Assembly: GCA_003693705.1 (NCBI GenBank)
Contig: RBZT01000832.1
Span: 44,802 to 108,801, forward strand
From: Polymyxa betae A26-41
Taxonomy: Eukaryota; Protista; Endomyxa: Phytomyxea
Direction of reading: 5' to 3'
Length of the DNA stretch: 64,000 nt
Part shown: positions 39,908 to 52,235 of the stretch, piece after piece
Layout of the letters: every line of letters starts with the position of its first letter
How positions within the stretch are numbered: the first letter of the stretch is position 1
Translations under genes and position numbers: made by a program
Notes under the pieces: model-generated
Database searches by the model: none
What the model saw: the letters and a program-made list of their open reading frames with translations, nothing else
Told to the model about the DNA's origin: nothing

Positions 39908-40570
39908 ATTTATTGATTTATTAGCATAACATTACATATTTGAATTGATCAGTGTGGAATTGCTATCTTTCGGTTTCCTCGAATTTCGTATCATTCTATG
40001 GTTATTCGTATATAGTAGTGCCTTTATTGACCTCATGTGTAGCTTCAATCAATTGTGGACTGTCTCAGATTCTTAAAGAAAACGGTTTTATTTTGCTCGC
40101 AGACACTACATCTTTGTCAGTGAATGCAAACGGATGATGCTCGATTTGAATTTCTTGACAAATCAAAGCATTGACGGGTGTATTCCTGATAGTTTGTAAC
40201 TTAGCGGGAAAGCGATAAATAACCTTGTGCTGAAGGCGACATCGCCTGTTGGTTATATTCCTCTAGCTAGACGATCTAGTCCATTGAAGCGCTATGGCAG
40301 GATCTTGACTCTTCATCTGACCATAATATTTCTATGAAATTCCATCAACTTAACCTCAGCTACAGTAAAGGGACTTTTGAAAACTGGAAGAATCAGGAAG
40401 CAACCTTGGACAGTCGGAATGGAGTATTTAACTAATGAAGTTGTTGACATGTCGCAAGTGTAAACCAAGTTCCGATACACAATCCATTAAGCGCATCTTA
40501 CACATAACACTCTCTCATCATTCTATCTCGTTCCCATCGGGTCGTCGCCATTCATCAGCGAGCAGTCACC

Positions 40571-42361
40571 ATGAGTCTTAGTAACAGGCTTAGCATCGAT
40601 GACCTCAACGTCGCCGGCAAGCGCGTTTTGATGAGGTTGCTCATGGAAAATCCACTTGATTATCGCTTATCCAGTGGTTTACAGAGTCGACTACAATGTC
40701 CCTATTAATAAAGCTGGTCAAGTTGAGGATCCTCGTCGTATCGATGCAACTATCCCTACTATAAATCATTGCTTGAAGCAGGGTGAGTGAATTGGTAGTT
40801 TCAATCATGAGCTAAAAGCTGCTACAGGCGCCAAAAGCATCGTCCTGATTTCCCATCTTGGACGGCCAGACGGCCAAGTTATGCCGAAGTTCGACTTCTA
40901 TTTCAATCGTCTCATTTGATTGTTGAAATTCTTTAGGTACTCGTTGAAATGCTGCGTTCCTGTTGTTGAGAAACTTCTTGGGAAGCAAGTCACTTTCCTG
41001 AACGATTGCGTCGGCCCAGGTAGGTATCAGATTTTGTCTTCATCCCCAGTTCTCAAGCGATGCTCAGATGTTGAGGCAGCCACTGCTAATCCACAATCTG
41101 GCTCTGTTTTTCTGTTAGAAAATCTTCGATTCCATCCGGAAGAAGAAGGTGTTTGGGGTTTAATGCCGCGTCCAATGCTTAACATTTGTATTCAGGTGCA
41201 AGCGTTGATGCGAGTGGAAAGAAAACGAAGGCAGACCCTAATGCCGTCACGAAATTTCGCCAAGATCTATCTAAACTCGGCGATGTGTTTGTCTTTGATG
41301 CTTTCGCTGCGGCTCATCGAGCACACAGCTCTGTTGTAAGTACAAGCGTCCCTTCATAAAGGTTCAATATGCCAATCAGATCTTAGGTCGGGATCAGCCT
41401 CGCAAAGCGCGCCTGTGGTTATCTTATGAAAAAAGAATTGGATTACTTTGCAAAAGCTTTGGAATCACCGGCGAGACCATTCCTTGCCATTCTTGGAGGC
41501 GCTAAAGTCAAGGACAAGATCCAGCTCATTGAGAATCTTCTTGACAAAGTTGGTATGTCAAATCAATTGACTTATGTCTATTATCGTTGCTTAATACTGA
41601 ACATGTAGACGAGATGATTATTGGAGGAGGGTAGAGTCTATTGAATGCTACATTTGATTACAATCTTAATGCTTTTTAGAATGGTCTTCACTTTTAAGAA
41701 GACCCTGAACAACATGAGCATTGGGAATTCTTTGTTCGATGAAGAAGGATCGAAGGTTCCCACATTCTGCCACAAAGATTATCTCTGATTTAAGAACACA
41801 GATAGTCAAAGGGCTGATCGAGAAGGCGGCAAAACGCAACGTGAAGTTGCATTTGCCGACCGATTATATTACGGCAAACAAATTTGCTGAAGACGCTGAA
41901 TCAGGTAGTGCCGACGACGCTTCTGGGATTCCAACTGGATGGATGGGACTTGATATTGGCCCGAAATCCGTCGAAGTGAACAAAGAGGTTAGCATCTTAG
42001 CCATTCTGGCTTATTCATGAATAGTGGCGTCGTTAGGTGATTGGACGTGCTAAAACAATTGTCTGGAATGGACCGTTGGGCGTGTTCGAATATGAAAAAT
42101 TCAGCAGTGGAACGAAGGAAGCCATGGAGGCTGTTTGTAAGGCAACCAAAACGGGCGCGGTCACTATTATTGGAGGTTTGTTTTGGGATTTATTGTACCT
42201 CAGTTGCTTAGTGTTGAGTAGGTGGTGATACTGCATCGGCCGCTGAGAAATTTAATGCTGCCGATCTTGTCTCTCACGTCAGTACCGGAGGAGGTGCATC
42301 GCTTGAATTGCTTGAAGGCAAAGAGCTTCCAGGTGTTACTGCTTTATCGTTAAAGAGTTAG
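40571..42361 (+). CDS. PGK: Phosphoglycerate kinase (about 11 introns)
   Basis: GKRVLMRVDYNVP; SHLGRP; [12 protein letters not shown]; [12 protein letters not shown]; [13 protein letters not shown]; GLDIGP; WNGPLGVFE; GGGDT; [16 protein letters not shown]. Confidence 0.98.
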
Positions 42362-42825
42362 CTATAGTTATTTAATAATATGTAGCAGCAATACAAAATA
42401 TTTCTGCATTTGCTTTAGATTATTGATAATGCATAGATTTGAGGAACCCCGTCAACCAAGATTTTGCCGCTTAAACCGCTAAGAACTGAGATCAACGAGG
42501 CTAAACTCTGAATAGGTCTGTTGTTCCAAACACTTCATTCATCTGTTCGGCTTGCCCTGTTTTCATCTTTAAAATAATGAGTCCGTGTCCGGTTGCGGTA
42601 GGAATGGTTTCGGAGCTCATCAATCAAATTAAGAGGTGCTAACCACTTTTGAACCGTTCGGCGGATCAAGCCATGCCCAGTTCACAGTCCTTGCTTTTAA
42701 CGGTATCTAAATACATTGATGCGGACAGGTTGAGTCGGTCAATGTCGGTTTGTTGATCAAGGTCACGGGGTTCCTAAAGTTAGTTCATCTCCGGGAAAAG
42801 AGAGCCAGTATTCCCGACAGTCCTG

Positions 42826-43743
42826 ATGTTCGGTCAGGTCACGTTGCAGCCTGATAGTCGCCAGTTGGATGGCCTGCTGGCCCTGGTCAATAGTCTGTTC
42901 TTATCAGAACCGACCAGCGATCTAATCCTTACCGTCAATGGCGAATTTTTCCATCTGCACAGCTTTGTCATGGCTGCGAGCAGTGACCTGATCAAGAGAT
43001 GGATCGAATCACCAGTCGCCGACGAACCAAAACTCATTAAAATCGACCTGCCGGATTTCGGTGTGGCCCCCAGAAAAATGACGCCTGTGCAGCTGTTCAA
43101 AGTGTATTTGAAACTAATCTATTGCTTGGTTCTGCCCAGCGGGTTCCAGCAAGATGTTGTTCTGGGTGTGGCCGCCATCGCCAATTTCATGATATCGCCG
43201 GGCATTCAAGACATGTGCGAGCAGCATCTGGTCAAAAACTTGGTCTTACGCGAAGACGTCCTGAGATTCGCCAAGCTGCATAATTTAACAAAGGTTGCTG
43301 CGGCAGCCATTCGGCTGCTCGTCAACTTTCTGCCGGAAAATAAGTCGCTGATTTACGAGGTCGATATTGATGATATGGGCGAACTCGTCAAACATCTGAA
43401 ACCGAATCCGAGCACGTTCGGCGTGAGTGTCTCGGGCTCAGACCTTTTAAATCTGCTGGTGCTGTACTGTTTGAATAATCGGCAGATCGACATGACCGGC
43501 GCTAATGTCGTCGTCGTTTCGAATCTGGACCGATTTCGGCATCTACCGACTTGGATCGAAAAGATCTCAGATTATTGGATTGCAAAAGATATCATCCAGG
43601 CGGAGGCCATGCTGCAAAGATTGGTTCCCGATCCACTCTGGCAGCAATCCGACTCCATCGATTTCTACAGACTAATGTCGGACCTGAGGGGTTCCTTGCT
43701 CAGAAAATTGGGGCAGCTACAGCAGATAAACGGTTACTTTTAA
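42826..43743 (+). CDS. Intronless BTB/POZ-domain protein (family member 1)
   Basis: LFLSEPTSDLILTVNGEFFHLHSFVMAASSDLI; YLKLIY; CEQHL..NL. Clear paralogy with 61302 and 62801. Confidence 0.88.
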   Translation: MFGQVTLQPDSRQLDGLLALVNSLFLSEPTSDLILTVNGEFFHLHSFVMAASSDLIKRWIESPVADEPKLIKIDLPDFGVAPRKMTPVQLFKVYLKLIYCLVLPSGFQQDVVLGVAAIANFMISPGIQDMCEQHLVKNLVLREDVLRFAKLHNLTKVAAAAIRLLVNFLPENKSLIYEVDIDDMGELVKHLKPNPSTFGVSVSGSDLLNLLVLYCLNNRQIDMTGANVVVVSNLDRFRHLPTWIEKISDYWIAKDIIQAEAMLQRLVPDPLWQQSDSIDFYRLMSDLRGSLLRKLGQLQQINGYF

Positions 43744-44492
43744 TCAGCTTAAGATTCCTGATTGTTATTGATCCTAAGACTGAAAACGGTTCTAGACAGT
43801 AGACTTCCCAGGATGGGAGATCATCGGCCAATACCGCCCGCTAATTAAGTTCAGGAAAGTTCGACCAGTTTGAGCAGATTATCAATGATGATAATCATAC
43901 GCGGGGTAGGCCTGATTCTGTATGGATGGACCAAGGCTTAGTACATTACAAAAACTATACCGGTACTTTGAAAAAACTAAAAGGAGGGATCGGCTCCATT
44001 CTACAGTATTGTAAAAATGAAAACCCCATATGAAGATCTTAATAATATTGTTAGTAGAAGAGTTTCATTAATTGTACAAAACAAAATTTCAAGTTCTTGT
44101 TTCAAATTAAAGTTTGTATTTATCTCCGAATTCACAAGCCTGAATTATCAGTCTATACGAAAACTTTTTTTATAAGATGGCCATCGACAAGAGATCCTTC
44201 ACAGTGGGTGAAATCGGTGTTTGTCCACATGAAGTCAAAACAGCTTGGGCTCCCCAAGACGCCATTTCTTGGTGACAAAACAATGATCTTCATAAATTGC
44301 GACTGAGTTTGCAGAGCTAATGCTATTTAGCAATGGCTTGGAACAGCATAAATATATTGCCGTCTAGAACATGACATTTTACAAACTCAATCCGAAGCGT
44401 GATTCACTGACGATGATTCAACAACAATTTGTTCTGGAATCTTAAATGTTCCGGCCCATCTTACTCTTGATCATTGTCTATTCGCTAAGAAA

Positions 44493-45161
44493 ATGAAGAC
44501 TGCTCTTCTAGTACTGTTATTTCTCGCCGGCTATGCTATCGCCATTAATACTATTGATACGATGGCGGTTGATCCCAGCGGTGTGGTCATGATCGCGTAT
44601 ACGCCAAATTTCGCTGCCAATGAAGGCGACATCGTTGAATATGCGGCGTTGGTGACGCCTGATGACGATTCCGAATCGCCTTTGATGCTAAATATGCATC
44701 AAGCTTCCTGCTGTAAAGATATTGATGGGAAATGCCACGATTGGCATCAGGCGTTTGGACCGAAAAGTGTAACCTGCCATGGGCTGAACATCGCCGTCGA
44801 TTATAAAGCATCAGTTCTTGCTCGGGTAGCTAATTCGAGCACGGTCCCTGTCGTGATAGCCTCGAAGCGAGTTGTGGCGGTCTCCAAAGATGTCGTCACT
44901 CTCAACGAGGCAGAATATGTTGATCTGGTTAATCATGTTGTCGAGGCGACTGCCAACGACGAAGAGGCATCAGGCACGAAGCGATTCTTGCTGCGTCCTC
45001 TACCAATTGCCATCATTTTGACCGCAGCCATTTTCTTATTCCTATTTACGTTCGTCCTATTGCGATGCGTTGCCCGACTTCGTGCCCGCTGTTCGTCCAA
45101 GGAGCCGGTTTTACCACAATACGAGCCTATCCTTAATGATTATAATCCGCTTGAAAACTGA
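44493..45161 (+). CDS. Intronless type I membrane protein of unknown function
   Basis: Signal peptide MKTALLVLLFLAGYAIA; ectodomain with 4 Cys; TM LPIAIILTAAIFLFLFTFVLL; cytosolic tail with YEPI and YNPL. Confidence 0.8.
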   Translation: MKTALLVLLFLAGYAIAINTIDTMAVDPSGVVMIAYTPNFAANEGDIVEYAALVTPDDDSESPLMLNMHQASCCKDIDGKCHDWHQAFGPKSVTCHGLNIAVDYKASVLARVANSSTVPVVIASKRVVAVSKDVVTLNEAEYVDLVNHVVEATANDEEASGTKRFLLRPLPIAIILTAAIFLFLFTFVLLRCVARLRARCSSKEPVLPQYEPILNDYNPLEN

Positions 45162-45788
45162 GAACCACAAATGTCAATAAACTTCTGTTCATATAAGCCC
45201 TGTGTCTGCGCAACCCGTCTACTGTTTCTGTCCGAATCTTCAGTAGCTACAGTATCATTTGAATGACTTGTTAAAATCTCATTATGAGGGTGGTTCCCTC
45301 TTTAATCGAACAACTCAATCAGTGAGATAAGATATCTCTAGTCGATGTTTGCAGCTCTGAATTTAATTCATTTGCCACTGTAGTTCTCCATTAAACCTGC
45401 AGCTTCAATGAGATCTTTTAGGGCCGCCCAGCTGTTACCGTTTCTTTTCTCTCACAGCATCGTTTTGACGCTGCAGGGATTTATGCTCTTCCAGGTTCTT
45501 TCTTGTTCTGGTTTACAAAATCGTTATCTGTGCCTGAAGATTCAGCAATTGGTTCAGGCAGTCATCCGACCTCCATACAAGTTTGGGTTTCTGTTCGAAT
45601 CCGCGTAATGGTCCTACCGGTAGCACTAAACTGACTAAAGTCTAAACTAGATACGTTGTTGGCTTTTCTTTTTAATTTTTCGGCAAAAAAACCAACCCAA
45701 CATTTTAATTGCGTTATAATATTAATAAAGTCTGTATGTAAAATTCGTCTTTGCGTAAGCTTGATTACAGTACGTAGTGCCGAAGCTG

Positions 45789-47428
45789 ATGTCGGCGCGA
45801 AAGCGATCGTCATCGCATGTGACACTGGAAGAGAAATTGTCTCGAAGGGAGCCGGTACATGTGACCAGGAAGCATCTTAAAGACCGATGCAAGAGAATTC
45901 TGGAGGCGATCTCGGCACACGAGTTCGCCTGGCCGTTCAACTCGCCTGTGGATGCTGTGGCTCTGGGCCTGCCAACCTATCATATCATTATCAAACATCC
46001 AATGGACTTGGGCACAATTCAGAATAAGCTTCTCAATGATGAGTATCAATCGGTTGCTGAGTTCACCTCCGATGTTCGCCTCACGTTCCAAAACTGCCAC
46101 GTTTTCAACGATAAGAATTCTGAGGTCTGGAATCTTTTAAGCCAATTTCAATCTGTTGCTTTCTGTTATACAGACTGCAATGCCATTGAGGTGGCTGCAT
46201 GTTTTAAATTTTCTATTGATTTCGAGGACGCTCGCGATTTCGTATAGGGAACTGAGATCTATGTATAGGTTTGGAATATGGCGACCGAGGTAGCCATTTA
46301 TTTCGAATGGCTCATGCTTCATCAAGTCTCACATTGTGTCGTGGACGATGAATCATCTGAAGGTCCAGGCCTCATTATGGGCAGCGAGCAACCGAATATG
46401 GCAAAACGGCTTGCTGCTATTGGCAGTGACATCAGGTAAGTTAAAAATGCATGCTTTTGTTTTCCGGTTTCTTGCAGGAAAGTTTCTGCTTTTCATTGGA
46501 GGCTCTTTCCAGATTGCCTTATCAACTCTGATCGATATGAAATAGGGCGCCCTTAGAGCATCCTGCCAACTCGGCAGCGTGTGGTGTCTGTGAGCAGCCG
46601 GGTAATCTGCTCTGTTGTGATGGGCCATGTTTGCGATCATTTCACACATCTTGCGTCGGCTTGGCAGAATTTCCATCAGACGAACGCTGGTTCTGTTCCG
46701 ATTGTCAGTCGAAATCCCATTCCTGTTCCATATGCAGTGAACGGTACTGGTTAACAACTTTCCTCGACAGTTTTTGATAGGATTTTTTATTCCTTTCATT
46801 TTCTTATTTTCTGGGATTTGATAGATTTATGTAATAAGGAATGAAAGTTGTTTGTTGGAACTTTGGTCGATTTTGATCTGAATATGTTTCCAGAGGTGCC
46901 GATATGGTCGATGTCTTCCAATGCGCTCACGTCGCGTGTGGTTTATTCTTCCACAAAGCTTGTGTCAACGAACATGAACTCACCAAGACCAAGCAGAAGA
47001 GCCGGGCCGCCAACCGCGGGAACTTCATCTGTCCTCATCACACGTGTGCCAGATGTCGTCAACCGGCGCCGACCGCTTTGCTACTACAATGTAATCGCTG
47101 TGTTGATGCTTATCATATCGACTGCTTGGACCCGAACGCTACAATGCTTAATGCAAGGTCCGTAATCTGTTTGAAGCACGACGTCGATACAGCTCTCGAC
47201 GGTTTAGAAACGGTCGCCAACGCTAAGACTGACGATCCGTGGGCTTTGCATCATGTCCTGGATCATTTAAAGCTTGTTACTCCTACAAAATCGACAATCT
47301 GGACCACTCATCCTGCTGTTCGATGTCGTCTTTCGTGGAAGCCTGCACCGCAATACGTGGCGTATGCATTTTCAGATGAAATGAAAGAGATGCTGCAACG
47401 ACAAATGCAACAAAAATCCTCAACCTAA
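45789..47428 (+). CDS. Bromodomain plus tandem NSD-type PHD-finger chromatin reader, multi-exon
   Basis: Bromodomain AWPFNSPVD..LGLPTYH.IIKHPMDLGTI..DVRLTFQNCHVFN. PHD fingers CGVCEQPGNLLCCDGPCLRSFHTSC..WFCSDC, CAHVACGLFFHKAC..FICPHHTCARC and QCNRCVDAYHIDC. Confidence 0.85.
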
Positions 47429-47587
47429 TATATTGCATGCTGCTAACTGAAGTTCGTTGAGATCAACCAATGGAGTATAAATCGACTTCCAGTACCTGCA
47501 TCGACTGCAGGGTGAAACGGAATATCAGTTATGGATATCTCCAATTAGACATGATTATCAGGAGCGGGGTGCAAATTCAATCAATTT

Positions 47588-50250
47588 TTATCTCCTACTC
47601 GAACCACTGTAGTCTTTTCTCTCAAACCTCGACGCTCGCCGAGCACGAATTTCATCGTCATAAGCCTGCTTCTTTGCACGTTCCAGCGCAATCTGTTCCT
47701 GAAGCTGCTCGTTCATAGCCGAGGCCGTTTTCTGCCGTTTTGTCGGCGTCTCCTCGAGAGCGCCATCTTCCATTTCTATGGCTACAGGCGATTCGATCGG
47801 TATAGGCCTTCTTTTGATAACTGGCCTTGCAGAAAGCGGCCGTTCAACTGGCGTCGAGCAGATCTCGGGAACGATCGGTACTTCGAGATTCGGCATTGGC
47901 GCGGGAGCGGCCGGAGGTGGCGGTTGTACTAACCCGCTCGGAGCCGGTGTCGAAGCTGGTGCCGTGACTGGAGATGGCGCGGTGGTCTGCGGCGCGTGAC
48001 GTTTCACAATTTTATCGAAATCGCCTTCGGTTTCGGCGACCATGCTAAGGTCGGTTCGAATGAGCGTTCGCGTTCCCTTCACACGGTTTGAAATTTACAA
48101 AAAACGATTGTGAGGTAGCGATACCTTCCAGCACCATCGGACATCGTTCTTCTTTTTGTAGGCATCTTCGATGCCGGCTTCGGGATCGTCCTCTTCTACC
48201 AGTTCCTGAATACGATTGTAAATTTGGCTAAACAGCAGCTAGCTAGCGATCAGGGAACGAGAGGAAAAAATCAGCTCTCAACGACCAACTCGTTGTTTGA
48301 AGAAACAAAGAGGGAAGGCGAAAACCATCATACCTCAATAATTTCTTTAGAACTGGATTCAAAACACCGTTTAGGACTGGTTAAGTCGACATTCAGATTC
48401 CAGAGTTTGTTCAGGGATTGCAATCCCATAGGTGTTAAAGTGGGCCGGGTCGTCGGCGCCGGCTCCCTGTCGCAAGGGCTCCGATCGATTTTCGTGTTCT
48501 GCATTGCTGGACAGCCTGTAATGGGTTTCAGGTTGCCATCTTTTTATGAGTGCAGAAAACTGGGGAATGCAAAACGGTACAGATTAACGGTACGACGGAC
48601 CTTCGTCTTTCCAGTTTGACCAGGCGGTTTCACTGCTCAGATGATGCTTGACAGCTGATAGGAACTCGGGCCCATTCGGTGGCGTCGATGCGATCGCCTG
48701 TGTAATGCGCTCCATGAGCGTTGAGAGCTCCAGGCGCCGCTGAACTTCAACTGTTAGTTCAAGGCTGATGCCACAAGACAATCGCAAATTCATTTGGTTA
48801 TGAATATTTCCAACAAAGAGAAAGTGGAAAAACCCATCCGGAAAGGAGAACTTGGATTACAGAAAACCCAACCTGACTGCTGATGGGAATTTGCACTTTG
48901 TTACAGAAAGGTATCTTCAAAAGGAAATCGAGCAATATCAGGAGCTGGAGCAGGACAGTACGACGTAGCTGTGGATCACGTAGCTGAAGCGGGAACAACC
49001 TCAGCGCAGTCTAACAGTCAACAATCAGCAGCTGAATGGCATTACGAAAGAAAAACCGATCTTAACTCATAGATGGCAAGCCTAAACCCCTAAACTGAAT
49101 ATAGATCGCAACCATTGTCGGCAAGATACATAATGCAGAAAACAAGCAGAGCATAGAGAAACCAAAAGAAAACACTGTTGGGCCAACACGAGTGTCGTAC
49201 CAGATATTTCGCATTGAATCCACAGTCGCCATCGCTATCGGTGGGGTCCAAAGCGGCATCAACATCAAGAGATGTTAAAGGATTGCCCTCGAAGGCGGTG
49301 ATGATGGTATCCACAATGTTCATGATATCAACCTGAGCCTGATTCTCGACCAGCTGTCGGGGATTGGACAAGTAGGACTGCACCGACCTGAAAAGCCACA
49401 ATGAATGAAATCGGGATGAGTTAAAAAAGCGACAGAAGTCTGGACTAGTAGAACAAAATCGTAAAATTGACAGTGAAGTCAGACAGAGACAAAAGGTCAC
49501 GATGTCCAAGACGTACCAGAATATGCGATAGAAATTGAAATCGACGGTGACCTCCGAATCGGATGGCGGTTTCTCTGTCTCCAGGACGGTGACATTGGCG
49601 GTGTTGAAGGCGGCCTTCAAATTGACACCGGATCTCTCATCAATTGGGAAACATTTCGCCAACAGAATCAGGACGCGACCCCGAAATGCCATATCCTGAG
49701 TTTTTGGCAGCCGACCCAGCAATGTCGTACAGATTCGTAACAATGATAGTTTTGCTGCGATATCAATGTCATAATGTTGCTTGAGATGGTGCGGTAAGCA
49801 ACTAGATAAAACAGCATAAAACAGCATAGTCGGAAGAATCGAAACTGAATAAACTTGAGAAATATTAATTATTAACTGACCACGTTGTGATTGGACGGCG
49901 TCGTTCTGGACCAGTACGCCGATGAAATGTTCGATCAAGTCGAAGACATCTGCAAGTTCGTCGACGGTCCTGGCGAGGAGGAGGTCTTCGATCAGAACGA
50001 AAGCGACGTTTCCGCCGCATATACTCGCCCTAGATAGCTCCAGCGACAATGCGAGCAGAGCAGGCAGTTGGGCGGCGTCGGTGCCCACCATTGCAGCGGC
50101 CTGGCGCATGGCCAGGGCGATGCGGGCACCACTTGACTCGGTCCCGGGGGGGATCAGCTGGCCTAAGGCCTGGCCGACCTCGGCAACTGGACGCCCTGAT
50201 GAGCAGGCGCTGACGATTAACGAGACCAGGTCGTCATTGGAGGACAACAT
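47588..50250 (-). CDS. THOC1: THO complex subunit 1 (HPR1), multi-exon
   Basis: LLRICTTLLGRLPKTQDMAFRGRVLILLAKCFPIDERSGVNLK..FN; VDFNFYRIFW; LFPLQLRDPQLRRTVLLQ; ETAWSNWKDEG. Confidence 0.92.
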
Positions 50251-50374
50251 CGCGCAGTCTGATGTTGGACCGGGGGCCACCCCGCCATATCGCCATATCA
50301 TGGCCCCATGAGCCCATCACCCCATTAGGTGGGTCTTAGAGCACTATCTAGAGAGAGAGACACCTCATACCTAT

Positions 50375-52021
50375 ATGCTGCTAGCTGATATCGTGGTGGT
50401 TGGCGGCGGCTGCATCGGGTTGAGCATAGCGACGCGCCTACGCCGATCTCTGCCTGGAGCTCGGGTCCTGCTCCTTGAGAAAGAACATCAATGTGGACTT
50501 CATGCTAGCTCGAGAAATTCGGGTGTCATCCATGCTGGGTATAATTCGTACATCCATTGTTTCATTCAATGATGCCGATTGATGTTCTTAATTTAAAGCC
50601 GAACATTTATAATATTTGGACCCGAAGTTGTTGGGAACAACCAAGCGATTCTATGAAAGCTTGTAATCAACATTCCACTTTTTTCCATCGGCACTGACAA
50701 GACATTGCACTCTCTTTATCTGGTCCTCAGAATCAGTTACAATCATCAATACGAATCTTAGGTTCTATTACTCGTCAAACACGATGAAGGCGAAGATGAC
50801 TCGGGATGGTAACAGAGCTTTGACTGAGTTCATTCTGGATCGAAGTCTGTATCTAAATCAGTGTGGTAAGCTAGTTGTTGCTCAATCTCAGCAGGAACTC
50901 GAACGCTTGGATATTCTCTATGAACGGGGTCTGATGAATGGCGTCGTAAGTAATCAAATATAGTTGTCATTTCATCGTAGCTTCGTTTCACTTTTTTCCT
51001 GATTTCGATTTGCACCCATCCGATAATCAAGTTTTTTTACAAAATTTAAGAGTGCATCAGGACGTGAAAATGGTGTCAGCAGGCGAGGCCCGCGACATCG
51101 ACCCAATCGCGCGAACCTTCGAGCGTGCTATCTGGAGCCCGACCACATCGGTTGCCGACCCGGAACAAGTCAACGCCGCCCAAGTTCAGGACGCTCTGGA
51201 TGCCGGCGTCACAATCCAGATCGGGCAACGTCTGACGAAAGTGTCCAGGATACCATCGGGACTCCGTCTCACCACATCGACATCTGAGACCATCGACGCC
51301 GCTCATCTCGTCAATGCCGCGGGCCTGTACGCCGACCAGATCGCCCATCTGTGCGGGATTGGGCTCCAGTACATGGTAATAACGATATCGACTTGGGTTT
51401 ACATGTTACACCATGGTTAATGTCATGATGAAGGTTGTACCGTTTCGCGGCATGTACTTGCGTTGTGAACCTGGTCAGATCGGGCTGCGAACCAACATCT
51501 ATCCGGTCCCGGATTTACGGCAGCCGTTCCTCGGCGTCCATTGGACCGTCGGCAGACACGGTACGCCCAAGATCGGCCCGACTTCTATGCCAGGCGCATC
51601 CCGGGAACATTACGCCGGCGTACCGAATCTGGACGAATCCATCCCGATTCTCGCGCAACTCATGCGCATGATGTGGCACGATCGCGACGGTATCCGCGGG
51701 CTAGCACGACGCGAGCTTGTGAAATGGAGGAAGAGCGGAATGTGGGCGGCGGCGTATGGCCTGGTGTCGATCCCCTCGGATCTGTCTAGGTCCGGGGAAT
51801 GGCTAAAGCCCGGAATTCGAGCTCAACTTATCCGACTTCGTGATGCCGGGTTCGTGCACGATTTCGTCGTGGAAGGGGATCAGAGGTCAACACACGTTTT
51901 GAACGCCGTATCACCTGCCTGGACTTGCTCTATTCCCATCTCCGAACATGTCGTACACGACCATGTCTTGCCCCAACTAAACAAACAAAACAAGAGATCT
52001 TACAACTATAATAATGAGTGA
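50375..52021 (+). CDS. L-2-hydroxyglutarate oxidase/dehydrogenase (LhgO/L2HGDH family FAD oxidoreductase), multi-exon
   Basis: VVGGGCIG; LLEKE..HASSRNSGVIHAG; CGKLVVA; NAAGLYADQIA; PFRGMY; IYPVPD..PFLGVH; GIRAQL; HVLNAVSPAWT. Confidence 0.9.
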
Positions 52022-52235
52022 ACGGTTTAAAACTGATCCAAAGTAAAAGAGTTGTAATCAAAATTTAACGGATCAGCTCAAATAGGAGCGAATCAATTAC
52101 ATCTGTATACATGCTTCACGAGGAATGCCTAAACAATACAAGCAACATAGTTGGACATGAAGATGCTGGCCGATTATCATTTATGACCAAGAAATCGCTA
52201 CAATTGTCTTTAATATGTTCAACTAGATGATTCAG

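Noticed and set aside
40130-40195. Possible C/D snoRNA upstream of PGK
   Set aside because: Imperfect box C and no identifiable antisense target.
49090-50301. 403-aa ORF read as a continuous membrane protein
   Set aside because: The hydrophobic stretches are in-frame GT-AG introns of THOC1 (e.g. about 49723-49879), not TM helices.
50568-50697. Possible intronic box C/D snoRNA in the long LhgO intron (ATGATG...CTGA with a tgccgat/atcggca stem)
   Set aside because: Box C is imperfect, there is no terminal stem, and I recognised no rRNA guide. It would need snoscan or Infernal to support it.
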